Below, piece after piece: positions 38,722 to 52,489 of a stretch of DNA of 64,000 bases. The notes below the pieces were generated by a model, which was not told where the DNA came from, made no database searches, and worked only from the letters and a program-made list of their open reading frames with translations. The DNA is from Octopus vulgaris (Eukaryota): NCBI GenBank assembly GCA_951406725.2, contig OX597822.1, positions 77,252,001 through 77,316,000 of the forward strand, written 5' to 3'. How positions within the stretch are numbered: position 1 is the stretch's first letter; the number at the start of each line of letters is the position of its first letter. The translations under genes and the position numbers were made by a program.

Positions 38722-39037
38722 CGGGAGGAGGGCGAATAAGAATCTTCATGGAATGTTCCGAGGAGGTGGGAGGTACTTCCTGGAAAGTTCCGAGGAGGGG
38801 AGGTACTTCCCGGAAAAATTCAAGGATGGGGAGGAGGGGGATTAGGAACCTTCATGTAAAGTTCCGAAGAGGGAGAGGCACTTCCTGGAAAGTTCCAAGG
38901 AAGGGGAGGAGGGGAATAGGAATCTTCATGGAAAGTTCCGATGAGGGGAGGTACTTCCTGGAAAGTTCCAAGGAAGGGGAATAGGAATCTTCATGGAAAG
39001 TTCCGAGGAGGGGGAGGTAATTCCTGGAAAGTTCCAA
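38722..39037 (+). repeat. Purine-skewed dispersed minisatellite (ggaaagttccgaggaggggaggtacttcct)
   Basis: Related arrays at 45027-45360 and 57998-58185 (minus). Confidence 0.85.
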
Positions 39038-39479
39038 GTAGTTCGGCCAAAGAACCGTTAGAATAAGTACCAATCTTCAGAACAAAAAAGCACTGAGTTC
39101 GATTCATTCGACTAAAAAAAAAATTCTTCAAAGTGGCACCCCAGCATGGCCGCAGTCCATTAACTGAAACAAATAAATGATAAAAGATCTAGTGCAGGAA
39201 TTTGAGCGGTGTAACTGACTGAATAGATCTTAATATATTGCTGATAGAATATTGTTTTAATCGTAGAATAATAGCGAGAGTTGAATCAACTTGGGTTGAA
39301 GTTTGATATCAGAGGGTAAAGTACTAAAGTAAAAAAATATATGTGGAGTTTTCAGTCGAGAGCTCCACCATTTCTGATACCTATATGACCTTCTTAATAA
39401 AATTTGTGGTAAAAGTGGTGAACTAGAAGTGAACCTTCAAAGTTAATATTAAATAGTGTACACTTCGTCAGTGAAGGCG

Positions 39480-39690
39480 GGAAAAAAGAAACGAAAGACG
39501 CTTCAGTGTCGGTCGCCATCGACACCTCAGATGTTCTCGGACTCTGCACTACCAATTTCCTCCGCAAAATCGGGTTAACTGCGGCTCATTTGAGAAATAA
39601 GCACCTCGAGGTGCTGCAGCTGTTGCAGTGAGTATCACTAGCCATTCTCCGCGGCAACGCCTTCGCAATCACATCTACGAGACGCGGTTG
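39480..39690 (+). mobile_element. CRE-clade non-LTR C-terminal remnant
   Basis: SVAIDTSDVLGLCTTNFLRKIG...LLQ*VSLAILRGNAFAI resembles the CRE pattern VETxG...QRLSxAxxRGNA. Confidence 0.6.
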
Positions 39691-39711
39691 AACACATCAT
39701 TTGTTCTAGAG

Positions 39712-39934
<223 letters not shown>

Positions 39935-40704
39935 TTCTAGAGTCTACAACCTGTTGCTCCCTCACCGTCTCCAGCCATCTCCTGCAACTGAATCCCTCTT
40001 TTCCTTTTCCTTGTTTCCTTGATGGTGCATAAAATTCTAAACGTAAACTGAGCAATCAGAAAAATCTGTAAACAGTGAAATAAATCACCTTTCTAAACAA
40101 ATTGTGAGAGAGAAAGTAAGCAAAATCTGTAATTTTATATTCTAATTAGCGTGTACCATATTCCTGAGTATCACCGGTGTTGTTTATCTTTCCTTCAATA
40201 CGGCTCCAAAATTTGCCGTTGCATCCTGAAGGTTCTTGGTTACATTTTTCTTAAGCCAATTCGAACCTCAAAAGAGAGTTATCTTTGCTAAACTTACCAG
40301 GCCTCTGTACTGTGAATGCTTTCAAATTAAGGTGCAAGGCACTGGCACAAGAACGAAACTTGCTCAGGGAGTGCAAAAAATGTTTACAAATACGATCTTA
40401 TTGTTTTTGGTTTTAATTTATTTTTGTTCTTTGTTCTTTGAAAAGAAATCTAGCTTTGAGCTACTTTTTACAGATCACTTTCTATTCACAGTTTTCTAAT
40501 CCTGAGAAAAGTAGGTGTGTTTGATTTTGCACCTCACAAAAATTCTAGAGGGTGCACTTCCAGCCCCTGCAAGGCCAGCAGTTTTTAGGAAGATGGCTAA
40601 TTACATCGATTCCAGTGCTTTATTTTATTGCCTACGAAAAGATAAAGGAAATTTTAATCTCAGCTGTATTCGAGCTCCACCTTCCCTATACTGTAAATTT
40701 CTAT

Positions 40705-40882
40705 CATAGGAACAAGGCCTGTAATTTTGAGGGATTGAAAATCGATTGCTTATTTTATAGACTTCGAAAAAATGAAAGGTAAAGTCGACCTCGATGGAGT
40801 TTGAACTCGGACCGTAAAGACGAACGAAAAACTGCTAAGCATTTTTCCCCGATGTGCAAACGGTTCTACCAGCTCGCCACCT
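40705..40882 (-). mobile_element. SINE family B monomer, diverged
   Basis: Reverse complement of family B. Confidence 0.75.
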
Positions 40883-41927
40883 TTCTCTGTACTGTAAATT
40901 AAAAGATAAACTGTTGGTTCCAAGTGATCGATCAACAGCATAACAGACGTCGCTTAGCCACCAACAAAACCTCTTGGAAAAGTGTATGAAAGTATTTAAA
41001 CTTTGTCTCTATGCTTAACTTCCTTTCAAAAATTTTCAAATGAAATTTGAGATACGTCTTCAAGGTCGTGAAATCTCGACGCCGAGAAATATAATTCAAA
41101 TAAATATGCAAAAATAGCTCAATGTTGAACTTGATATACTTATCTGATTGCGATGTTTGTACTAAAGTATTCAACTTTTACCGTTCGGGCACATTTTAGC
41201 GAATCAATAATCTTCTGTGACCCTTAAATGATACTGAAATTAAAAAGACAGAATTTTTCAAAATTTTTAATAACAATAATATTTGATGTATTTCTTGAGG
41301 AAATAATCTTCAATTTTGTTTGCAATAATTTTTCATATTTCAGCTGCTATGCCTACAGCTTTATTGTTTGTTAAAGAACATTATATAATTATCAATTACT
41401 TGAGAAATAAACGATTATATAAAAAATAATATCATCTTTTTCAAGTGAAACTTCGAAAAGGACCAGTTTCTGTCGCTTCCTTGTCTATATGTAGGTCCTT
41501 TACAAACACACTAACAAGCGTAGATTACTTCCCCTTGCATCGGTCTCTACTAAACCTCTGCTTTAATCTTTCTTCTCGGCAACACGTATTTTCGTCTCTA
41601 TACAATTACTTCACGGTACAGTTATCACCTTGAGTTCCTTCTCATGGATCTTACTCACCAATTGTTAAACGTTTCCTGCATTTCTCCGCAACGTTGGATA
41701 TCATCCTGCATTGTACTACTTAAATTTCGCTCACTGACTTTACGCAGGAACTTCACAACTTCTACTTTAGATTCCATTAACACTTTCACCTCCGCCACCA
41801 GGTTCCTTTCAATCCGCGTAAAACAACATTTTCTCCATATGTTTATACAATCAATTTTTTTAGACAACATACCACTTTTTCTCTCTTCCCAATTCTTCTA
41901 CCATTGAACCGCATTCCCACCCGGCCC

Positions 41928-42018
41928 CTTCTTCTTCTTCTTCTTCTTCTTCTTCTTCTTCTTCTTCTTCTTCTTCTTCTTCTTCTTCTTCTTCTTCTTC
42001 TTCTTCTTCTTCTTCTTC
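41928..42018. repeat. (CTT)n microsatellite, about 30 units
   Basis: Direct reading. Confidence 0.95.
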
Positions 42019-42935
42019 ACACCTTTCTACCACCATTCCTTCTTTTTCGTTTTTCTGACAAAGGATTAGCATCCGAAACGTGAAGACACTTTCCTTTTCT
42101 TTTCAAGCGTTAGACTAATAACGCCTTTATGAAAATTTGTACCTCTCTTGTTTTCTTTCTTTTTTCTTCTTAGTTTTACTAATTCATCATCATCATCACC
42201 ATCATCATCATCATCTATATATTATCTTTTACTTGTTTCAATCATTGGATTGCAACCATGCTGACGCACTGCCTTGAAGAGTTTAGCCGTGCAAATCGAC
42301 CCCAATACCTTGTTTATTTGTTTTCAACAACAGATGTCAAGCGGTAGGCAGCATAAACACACAAACAGGCACACACACATACACGGCAGACTTCCACAAA
42401 ATTTTTTGTCTACCAAATCGATCCGAAGCTATAATAGAAGACACATGCCCAGGGGTGGGGGAGCACACAGTGGTATAATCGATTATCATGTCTGAGAAAA
42501 GACACGATGGTCACGACTAGAATGCTTAGAACGGTCGATCGAAGCTGGTCTTAGATTGAACAACACCAGCATCGATAACAACAGTGATGACCACAGAGAA
42601 CCGTATCGATCTCTCATGGCTTTGTGTTACTAAGCAGCTGTGTGTGTGTGTGTGTGTGTGTGGTGCGCGCGCGCGCGTTTTTGCGTCCGGTGGTGCGTGT
42701 TCGTAAAGTGTGTATGTATTTGTCGATTTGTGTAACGCGTTGTTGAAGCGGGTATATAGCTACTTTCTGCAACAATGGAACTATTCCCTTAAGGAGAATG
42801 ACACAATGCTTTCAAAGGATACTATCAAATTATATGACTCCATTTACTTTAATAACTTCGGTCAGAGCACCTTGATTTTCTAGAATGTAGCGTCAATTAG
42901 GAGAAGAACCCTAGTTACCAAAGTGTAATGCTAAA

Positions 42936-43862
42936 TACACACACACACAAACACACGATCACACGTGTATATGTTCACATGCACATTCACACACACACAC
43001 ACATACACTGACAATCATACGCGTACATTACATTCTCTTGTGCTCACATACACAGGTACACACATACTTATTCTCTCTCTCTCACACTCACACATACACA
43101 AACACATATGTACATGTTCATACACATTCACACACACAATCATTCGCGTTCATTACATACTCACATGCTCACATACATACGTACACGCACATTTATACAC
43201 ACACACACATACACACATGTACATGTTCACACACACATACACACACACAATTATTCGCGTACGTTACATACTCACATGCTCACATACATACGTACACACA
43301 CATTTATACTCACACACACAAACACGCATGTACATGTTCGCACACACACAATCACAGATACACACACACACACATAGAATCATTCGTATACATTACATAC
43401 TCACATGCTCACATATACACACACATTTATACTCACACACTCTCTCTCAAGCACATGTACATATATACGCACACACACATACACACGCGCGTACACACAC
43501 ACGCACACATGCACACACACACTCGCACACACATATGCACACACACGCATATACACATACACAAACATACACACACACTCACACACACGCACACATGCAC
43601 GCACGCACACACACGCGCACACACACACACATACAATCACACACACGCATATAAATACACACACTCACACACACGCACACATGCACACATACACACACAC
43701 TCGCACACACACGCACACACACGTCCACACACACGAGCGCGCGCACACTCACACACACGCATATACATACATACACTTGCACACATGCATATACACACAC
43801 ACATACATACACATACACACACTCTCTCTCACACACGCACACTCTCTCTCACACACACACAC
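42936..43862. repeat. Degenerate CA-rich region with ~110-130-bp higher-order units
   Basis: aatcattcgcgt..cattacatactcacatgctcacata recurs at about 43012, 43138, 43249 and 43378. Confidence 0.8.
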
Positions 43863-46277
43863 AACTTCTTGCCAATGGTCAACAGTCATATGGCTGCAAC
43901 GGCTCGGACGAATATTTACCGCTCTTCTTATTACTGATGGCCTTTCATTAAGAACTTATCAAATTCGTTCCTGTAAGTAATCAAGAGAGACGATCAGTTG
44001 ATATTTAATCCCTAAGTTACATCTAATCAAATAGACCAATGTTCAAAGGTCTTCTAACTGTGGCCATCACGTCCTCTATCCTTATATCGCTTATATCGCA
44101 CCACATAATACAAGGTGTCCTTCGTTCCTTTAAGACAGCGGAATATGAACTGAAGGTGCGTCGCCTATTTGGTAGGCTGTCGCCTATTTGGTAGGCTGTC
44201 GCACTTGCGATCGCATTGTCGTAGTTTCGATTCACGGATCGGGCGGTGCCTTGTGTTTTTCCAACAAAACGTTTTCGTTTCACTGCTCCGGTTCACTTCG
44301 CTGTAAATGAGTTTAACCCTGATATGGACTGGCGTCCAATCCGGGGAGGAGCGTTGTGATCTCGATTACTTTTATGGCATAGAAACCGGGACAGTATTAT
44401 CCACGGGGTTGATGACGATGAAGATGATGATGAGGAGGAGGAGGAGGAGGAGGAGGAGGAGAAGGAGGAGAAGGAGGAGAAGGAGGAGAAGGATGGTGGT
44501 GGTGGTGGCAGTGGTGGTGGTGGTGGTGATGATATGATTTGAGAAAGATTTGACTGCTATTTCTAGCAGGTTGCGAGAACCCGTCGAGCAGTCTCAACCA
44601 TATACAAGGGGGTGCTGTCGCGAAAGTCCAGGCTGGAGGCCCTACCTTCCGAGTGCTTTTACAGGACTTAGAAAAACTGAAGGACTGCTGCAATAAGTGT
44701 ATGAATCTGAGAGGGGAATATGTTGAATAAAATCATAATTGACGGATCTTTTTGTATTTTCTGTTACCCAAAGCCAGGAACTTTTCAGCATCCCGTCGTG
44801 TGTTGTGTCTATGTTTACTCCCACCACGGCTTGACAACTGGTGTTGGTGTGTTTACGTTCCCGTAACGTACCGTTTTAGCCAAAGACGATGATAGAATAA
44901 GTGTCAGGCTTGAAATAAATAAGTCCTGGGGTCAATCCAGTCAACTAAAATTTCTTCAAGGCGGTGCGGTGCCCCAGCATAGCCGCAGTTCATTGTGGTT
45001 CGTTCTCATGAGGCATGGTTGTGTAGACAACTTCCTGGAAAATTCCGAGGAAAGGGAGGAGAGGAGGGGGAAAACAGGCAACTTCCTGGAAAGATCCGAG
45101 GAAGGTGAGGAAAGGGAGGAGGGGGAATAGATGACTTCCTGGAAAGTTCCGAGGAGGGGAAGAAGGGGAGCGAAGGAGGCGAAGGGGTGGAGGGGGAAGG
45201 GAAGGAGGGGAGGAATAGGAATAGGTAACTTGCCTATGACCCTCCTCCCCGCCTTCCCCATCTTCGGAAATTTCGAGGAAGTTGTCGATTCCCCCTCCTT
45301 CCCTTCCTCCCCTTCCTTGGAACTTTTCAGGAAGTTGCCTATTCCCCCTCCTCCCCTTCCTTGCGCAAGGTACCACGCAGTGGGACTGAACCCAGAACCA
45401 TGTAGTTACGAAGCAAACTTCCCATCACACAGCCACACCCGCGCCTAGTTAGAAACATTAACCTTATATCTATAGAAAGCGTTGATATATTGAGATAGGA
45501 TGTTTCCAATTTAGTTGTGTTGAAACATTGAGAAAATATGAAATGATCAATAACAGACGATAAGTAGAAGAATAGTTTTATCGATAGTTCGTGTTAGGAA
45601 AACCTATACTTTCCCTCTGTTTGGATGTATGACCTGGCATTCATCGCTCTGGAACTGACACCATTGAATTGCATTTCAAAGTTTTGTATTGGAATTACAA
45701 CTGAACCTGAAGAAGAAGAAGAAAGATTGCACGTGTGACACCATAGCAAAGACGTAGACCGTCAGGTCAAATCTGATTCATTGGTAATGCCGACGTGGAA
45801 TTGAACTAAGATATGTAATAAGTCACCCCACTCTCCAATATTTTAGATGGGTTCTGTGAATTTCATTTTGTGTAGATAAATTTTATATTCATATCCATAG
45901 GACAAAACAACACACACACACACGCACGCATGCATGTATACACGCACACACGCACACGCACAGACACGCACGCACACATACACCTCCACCACACACACAC
46001 ACACACACACTCACACACACATACAAACGTGTTACCAGTTCTTATATGCTTGAGGAATATTCAAAATCGTAAGAAAACCATTGACTGAATTTCGTCACAG
46101 AAAATTTTTCACTGTTGACAAGTAGGTGTAAATACACCGAGTCAGCTCACAGGTCCACCTAACCTTACTATGGGATGCATGTACTTCGGAATTGTTATTT
46201 CCTCTTCAGCAGCAGATATCAGAAAGTATCCTATGATATTCCCTCTCATTATATTTAATGACTAGTTGCGCTAAATT

Positions 46278-46361
<84 letters not shown>

Positions 46362-47006
46362 TGTTTCTTTATTAGCCACACAGGGCTGCACACAGACAGG
46401 ACAAATTACAAGGTAGAGCTTTTCTTTTGGGGATAAAAAAGGGGGTTTGGTTTTCGATCAAAAGGGATCGTAAAAGGAAAGAAAGAGGACAAAAAAGGGG
46501 GGGATAAAATTGAAAAAAAAAGGGGGGAGAAAAAAATGGGATTGGAAAAAAATTGATCAATGGGGATCGTTATCACAGAAATGTCAATATAAAGTGTAAA
46601 GGGGAGGACAGGTGAGGTTTACCCGTGGAAAGAAAAGCCTACAGAAAAGACCACGGTAACCTCGGTCAATGAAGTCACATGTTATATATATATATTTTTT
46701 TTTTTACAAATAAGCAACTCTCTGTATTAATTTTTACGGTTCATAGGATCATAGTCAAGGTGGCTTCGTCATTCATACGTGCCATCCTTGCTACATTCAC
46801 ACATCTTTTTTTAAAACATTCACTAGACAACACTTGCCTCTCTACTCTCACTTTCCTCTACAAGTGATACTTGAAGAAGTTGATGAGAGATTGACCAGAG
46901 AGGAAAGTGTTTGTCTCTAATCCTTTCAGGCGCGTCCACCAGATACATTCTTTCGCCATAGCCACAAGTATAATAAAATTAGCTCTTCCTTCCCGTTTGA
47001 AGGAAG

Positions 47007-47008
<2 letters not shown>
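46362..47008 (-). mobile_element. Second 5'-truncated copy of the Tx1/L1-type element, inside a (GATA)n array
   Basis: Aligns to 9503-10180; stop at 46741-46743; premature TAG at 46858-46860; ends AATAAAGAAACA(TATC)n. Confidence 0.88.
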
Positions 47009-47098
<90 letters not shown>

Positions 47099-47333
47099 TT
47101 ACTGCATCAACCAACCATTGGATGTTCTCTTAGACCGCTGGTCAGAATGTGCTTCCTCACAACGCTGTAGCTTTCGAATGATGTCACCCCGTTTGCTAGG
47201 CGGGGTGACAATATTAGTCCTGATCCGGACGCCAATCTGTCGTTTGATTAGGCATTTATAACAGAATGGACTGGAGCAATGTGAAATGAAGTATTTTGCT
47301 CATGGGCACAGTACACCGCCAGGCTGCAAATCG

Positions 47334-47368
<35 letters not shown>

Positions 47369-47415
47369 TTTATGAAAGAATGGAGTTGAACGACTTGTTA
47401 ACAAATTTCCTTTAT

Positions 47416-47496
47416 TTTCGACATATGTTTCGAAGGCTGCATATTCCTAATTCCGAAGGAATAAGGAGTACATTATGCAGATTTCTCATTAGGAAA
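47416..47496 (-). ncRNA. Type I hammerhead-like motif with long stem II, in a (TA)n-embedded repeat (47366-47580)
   Basis: tttc-CTAATGA-gaa..ctgcata...tatgcag..ttc-GAAA-catatg-tc-gaaa; G5A change in the core. Confidence 0.55.
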
Positions 47497-48340
47497 GGCA
47501 AGGAACTTATGTCGACATCAAAATGCACAAAAAAACTTTTAGCTGACTGCTCTCAAGGAGCCCATGGCGATGTAAATATATAGTGATATATATAGAAAAA
47601 CGAAAATATACATACATACATATATATATATACGCATACATACATGCATGCATGCATACATACATACATACATACATACATACATACATACATACATACA
47701 TACATACATACATACATACATACATACATACATACATGGTAGCTGCCCCCTCGTTATCGAGTATGGCCATTGCACGAAGCTTAATCAATGTTGTTATCGT
47801 GCAATGCCTGTGCAAGAAGATTTTTTTAAAGTGAGGAAAGGCTGTGCACTGAGTCAATCCCACTCACTAAGCAACAGCAGCCATAATCCAAAAAGAAGAA
47901 CAAGTCAACATCATCGGTAACCACTGAGCCGCGGGTTTTATGTCGGAGTTATCCCAGTTTCATGAGTTACCTTCTCCTAGAAGGATGCCCTAACAAAGGC
48001 TAGGAGTCCTTCACTCCCAATGGTTTAACAGCGCGATCGGGTATTCAGTCCGATTATTTCTATGTGCCCGCGCATGATACAGCCTTAAGACATTTATCGG
48101 ATGGCCGTTGACTCTCAAGAGTTCCTCCGCCCTTAGACGGGTTTTGTTTTTCATCCCGCAGGGTGTCCACTAAACACCCTCCTCACCAAGCAAGCTTGGT
48201 GGGGTTGCCGGTTTAGTCGCTGACGACCCGACCATGCAATAGGTTGTACTGGGTTACATGTTACCAGTAGCACTCGAAAGTGACCTGACATAAACATACA
48301 TACATACATACATACATACATACATACATACATACATACA

Positions 48341-48371
<31 letters not shown>

Positions 48372-49506
48372 TCTGGGCCTTCAACTTCAGATTATTCCTG
48401 TTGTGACCTAAACCAAGTAGAGCCCATCGTTCTGCACCTTTGACTACAGCCGATTTTTCTTCCAGAAGGTGAGGGAGAGAGAGAAAGAGAGAAAGAGAAG
48501 AAATTGGTTTGGGATAGGGTTGAAGGTCTCGATTCAGGTGAAACCTGAGATGCCCGAGAGGATACCCGACCAAATAAAAATCTCAGGAGGGTAGCACTTG
48601 CAATTTGAAATCAGCGGTAAGTGACCTAGATGCCACAGCCGTGGTACTACCTATTTCTTTACTACACACAAGGGGCCAAACACAGAGGGGACAAGCAAGG
48701 ACAGACAAACGGATCAAGTCGATTACATCGACCCCAGTGCGTAACTGGTACTTAATTTATCGACCCCGAAAGGATGAAAGGCAAAGTCGACCTCGGCGGA
48801 ATTTGAACTCACAACGTAACGGCAGCCGTGGTACTACCGATTACCTAAAAAGCTTTTGCCCCAACAACAACAATAGCAACAGAAAGTGACTGCTGAAAGA
48901 ATCTTCCACTACTACCAACACCACAACAGTGACAACTAGTACACAAACGTCAACAGTGGCTGCATAAATTGCTATCATAATGTTTCGGGTATATAGTTGA
49001 GTCTATGCGGGACCATTTTGTTGCTTGTCTCACAATTTAGCGAGCAGGGGTATCAGGTGTGTTCTGTTCAGTTACAGCTGCTGCCTCCACAGCTTTCCCG
49101 CGTAGGATTAGGAGCCATATTCCAAGTAAAGATTTATCTTTCATCTGTTGTAAAGTCGTCGAATTACAGAAATTGGAGATAAGCCCCCATCTCTTGGGAT
49201 TTGGCAAAGGATTAATACATACACACACAAACATACACATGCACGCACACACACATACCACACATACACACGCACTCGTTCTCTCACTCATACACCTCGA
49301 TACTCGTCTGTATTAATGCAAGATGACTGATAGGGTACACGAGGGATAAAGCGTCACGGTGGTGTAACTGTGGGCTTGTGTGTGTGTCTATACATACATG
49401 CATACATACATGCATGCATACATGCATACATGCGTACATACATACAATGATAACCTACATACATCTATATAACTATAAATACATTCATAATATACATCTG
49501 GTATAC

Positions 49507-49898
49507 TCTTTTACTTGTTTCAGTCATTTGACTGCGGCCATGCTGGATCACCGTCTTTAGTCGAGCAAATCGACCCCGGGACTTATTCTTTGTAAGCCCA
49601 GTACTTATTCTATCGGTCTATTTTGCCGAACCGCTAAGTTACGGGGACGTAAACACACCAGCATCGGTTGTCATGCGATTTTGGTGGGGACAAACACAGA
49701 CACACAAACACACACACATACATATATATATACATATAAACGACAGGCTTCTTTCAGTTTCCGTCTACCAAATCCACTCACAAGGCTTTGGTCGGCCCGA
49801 GGCTATAGTAGAAGACACTTGCCCAAGGTGCCACGCAGTGGGACTGAACCCGGAACCGTGTGGTTGGTAAGCAAGCTCCTTACCACACAGCCACTCCT
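49507..49898 (-). mobile_element. SINE family A, full length, young, with 42-bp flanking duplication
   Basis: Duplication at 49465-49506 and 49903-49944. Confidence 0.9.
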
Positions 49899-50715
49899 AT
49901 AACTATATAACTATAAATACATTCATAATATACATCTGGTATACGTACGTACACACATGTATGTATACATACACAAACATACAGTTAACTGGAGGGTGTT
50001 AAGCATACATAATATAAGGTCCTTTTCTATACACGCACGCACACACACACACACACACAGACACACATACACACAATCATAACCTACTTACATATAAACA
50101 TACATGATACGTACATAGACACACACGAACATACATTCATATATGCATGCATACTTGCATACGTACATACACACACTCAGTCAACTGGTGGCGGCTAACA
50201 GACTTAGAATAGTATGCAAAACAGTTTTGTCAATAAATTTTTTTCACACCTGTAGAGAAGAGAAACAACGATTCATTCAGTAAATAAGTAAATAGATAAA
50301 CAAACAAATAGATTTAAAAAATAAATAATGGAGACAAATTCAAAATATAAATGAATTAAAAATTACATGGGGGCTTTTAGTGAGTAGTAAGTCTGATCTT
50401 TGTAAGTTCACTCTGGACATGTTTCAGTCTTAAACAGGACTCTTCAGAAAAGTATAGTCTTACTAGCACTTGGCGTATAAATATTTTGAGTGATGAACAT
50501 TGACAGACGAGACATCTTAAACTTAAAATACGATGTGACAGCTCTAAGCAGTGATGTATATAAATACAAACTTCGTACCAGTTCAAATATGTTTCAGGTT
50601 TATTCGAACCCCTAAATAAAAAGCCATTCACTGTATTTTGTCATAGAGAAAATGTATTGCTGTAGTGTAAATAGGTGTAAATATACCAAGTCAGCTCACA
50701 GTGCTACCTAACTAT

Positions 50716-50763
50716 CTGTGAGATGCATGCATTTCGGAGTGGTTAGCTTCTCTTCAGCCGCAG
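50716..50763 (-). ncRNA. Type I hammerhead-like motif (related copy at 46168-46215)
   Basis: ctgcgg-CTGAAGA-gaag(ctaacca)ctcc-GAAA-tgcatgca-tc-tcacag. Confidence 0.6.
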
Positions 50764-51759
50764 AAACCAGACATGATTTTGTAGGAAATATTGGCTGATA
50801 GCTAGTAGGCTAGCTTGTTAGCTTACTAGCTTGTTAGTGAGCTGAATTGTAAAAAAATTATATCTTTATACTTTATCTTTTACTTGTTTCAGTCATTCGA
50901 CTGCAGCTATACTTATGTTGTTTTCTTTTTTTTATCTCGTAATTATTCTACCAGCCTCTTTTGCTGAACCGCTAAGTTACAAAGACGTAAAGAAACCAAC
51001 ACCGGTGATCAAGTGGTGGGGGACAAGCACAAACAAGAAGACATGCACACAGACACACAGACAGACACGCACACACACACGCGCACACACACACACATAC
51101 AATGGACTCCCACAGTTCTGCATTACACATTCACTAAGGCATTTGTCGGCCCAAGGCTATAGTAGAAGGCATTTGTAGGACCGGGGCTATAGTAGAAGGT
51201 ATTTGTCCAAGGCTCTGTGTAGTAGGACTGAACTTGGAACCACCTTATTGCAAAGGGAGTCTCTTAACCACACTATCATGTCTACGCCTTTGGATGAAAT
51301 TTATCTGAAATTTCATGAATTTTTGTTTTGGATTTCCATTCTCATCCTTCCATTTTCTTTGACCCCTATTTCTGCAACAGTCGTGGGAGCTTAGTCCTCT
51401 ACTTCCTTTTTCACAGGGTTCAATCAAAAAGAACCGGCCTTAAAATGTTCGGCTTAATTCCCAGGCGTGACCAATTGAGACTATGGGTATTATCCATCCG
51501 TCTCTGGCCCTACTTGAAGGATCCATCTTACGATACTTTTGGAGGGCGTGTTGATCACATGCCCTTAGTACAGGAGTAGTGACTGCTGAATACGGACAAA
51601 TAGCGGCTCGACCTGGGTGGACTCCAGGTCGAGTGACGTTACTCCAGAGATCCTTCGGGGAGGGGGGCTATTTCGAGCTTTTATATTCGCAAACCATACA
51701 ATAAATAAATAAATAAATAAGTAAAATGCATTTTGTCAAGTACAACGAATACATTGACC

Positions 51760-51910
51760 CTGATGATGATCATGGCTACAGAGATGATGATGATGATGAT
51801 GATGATGGTAGTTGTGGTTATGTTGATGTTGATGTGGATGATGATGATGATGATAATGATGACAATGGTGATGGTGGAGGTGGTGATGTTGGTGGTGGTG
51901 GTGGTGTTGG

Positions 51911-51989
<79 letters not shown>

Positions 51990-52260
51990 GGTGGTGGTGG
52001 TGGTGGTGGTGGTGGTGGTGGTGGTGGTGTTGGTGGTGGTGGTGGTGATTGTAATGCTAATGGGTAATCGAAAATGAAGCCCGACAATGGCGGTGATAAT
52101 GATGTTTTGCTATGATAGTAATTATCATCAGGGTGACAGTAACGACAAAAACCACGACGACAATGACGACGCCAGCGACGATGACCCCACCACCACTACC
52201 ACCACCACCACCACCACCACAACCGCCACCACACACTCCCCTCAGGCAACACCACCATCA
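51760..52260. repeat. Compound trinucleotide array (GAT/GGT/GTT, then GAC/ACC)
   Basis: Direct reading. Confidence 0.9.
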
Positions 52261-52448
52261 CGACGACCACACCATAAAAAGTCGAAAAAAAAAAGAACAA
52301 TTAAAAAAGATTTCACTTACAAACGCTCACAGACTCGCAAACTTGTACTCACTTGTTTGTCATTTGATTTATACATATGCTATCTTAACATCATTGTGAC
52401 AAATGTTGCTCACCTGACTTTTACTCTGTCTATATATCTGTCTGTTTG

Positions 52449-52489
<41 letters not shown>

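Noticed and set aside
42965-43980. Long His/Thr-rich ORFs of 191-299 aa
   Set aside because: Stop-free translation of CA-rich repeats.
43862-44300. Possible exon(s) in non-repetitive DNA with a 19-bp tandem duplication
   Set aside because: Splice-like signals on both strands but no recognisable protein.
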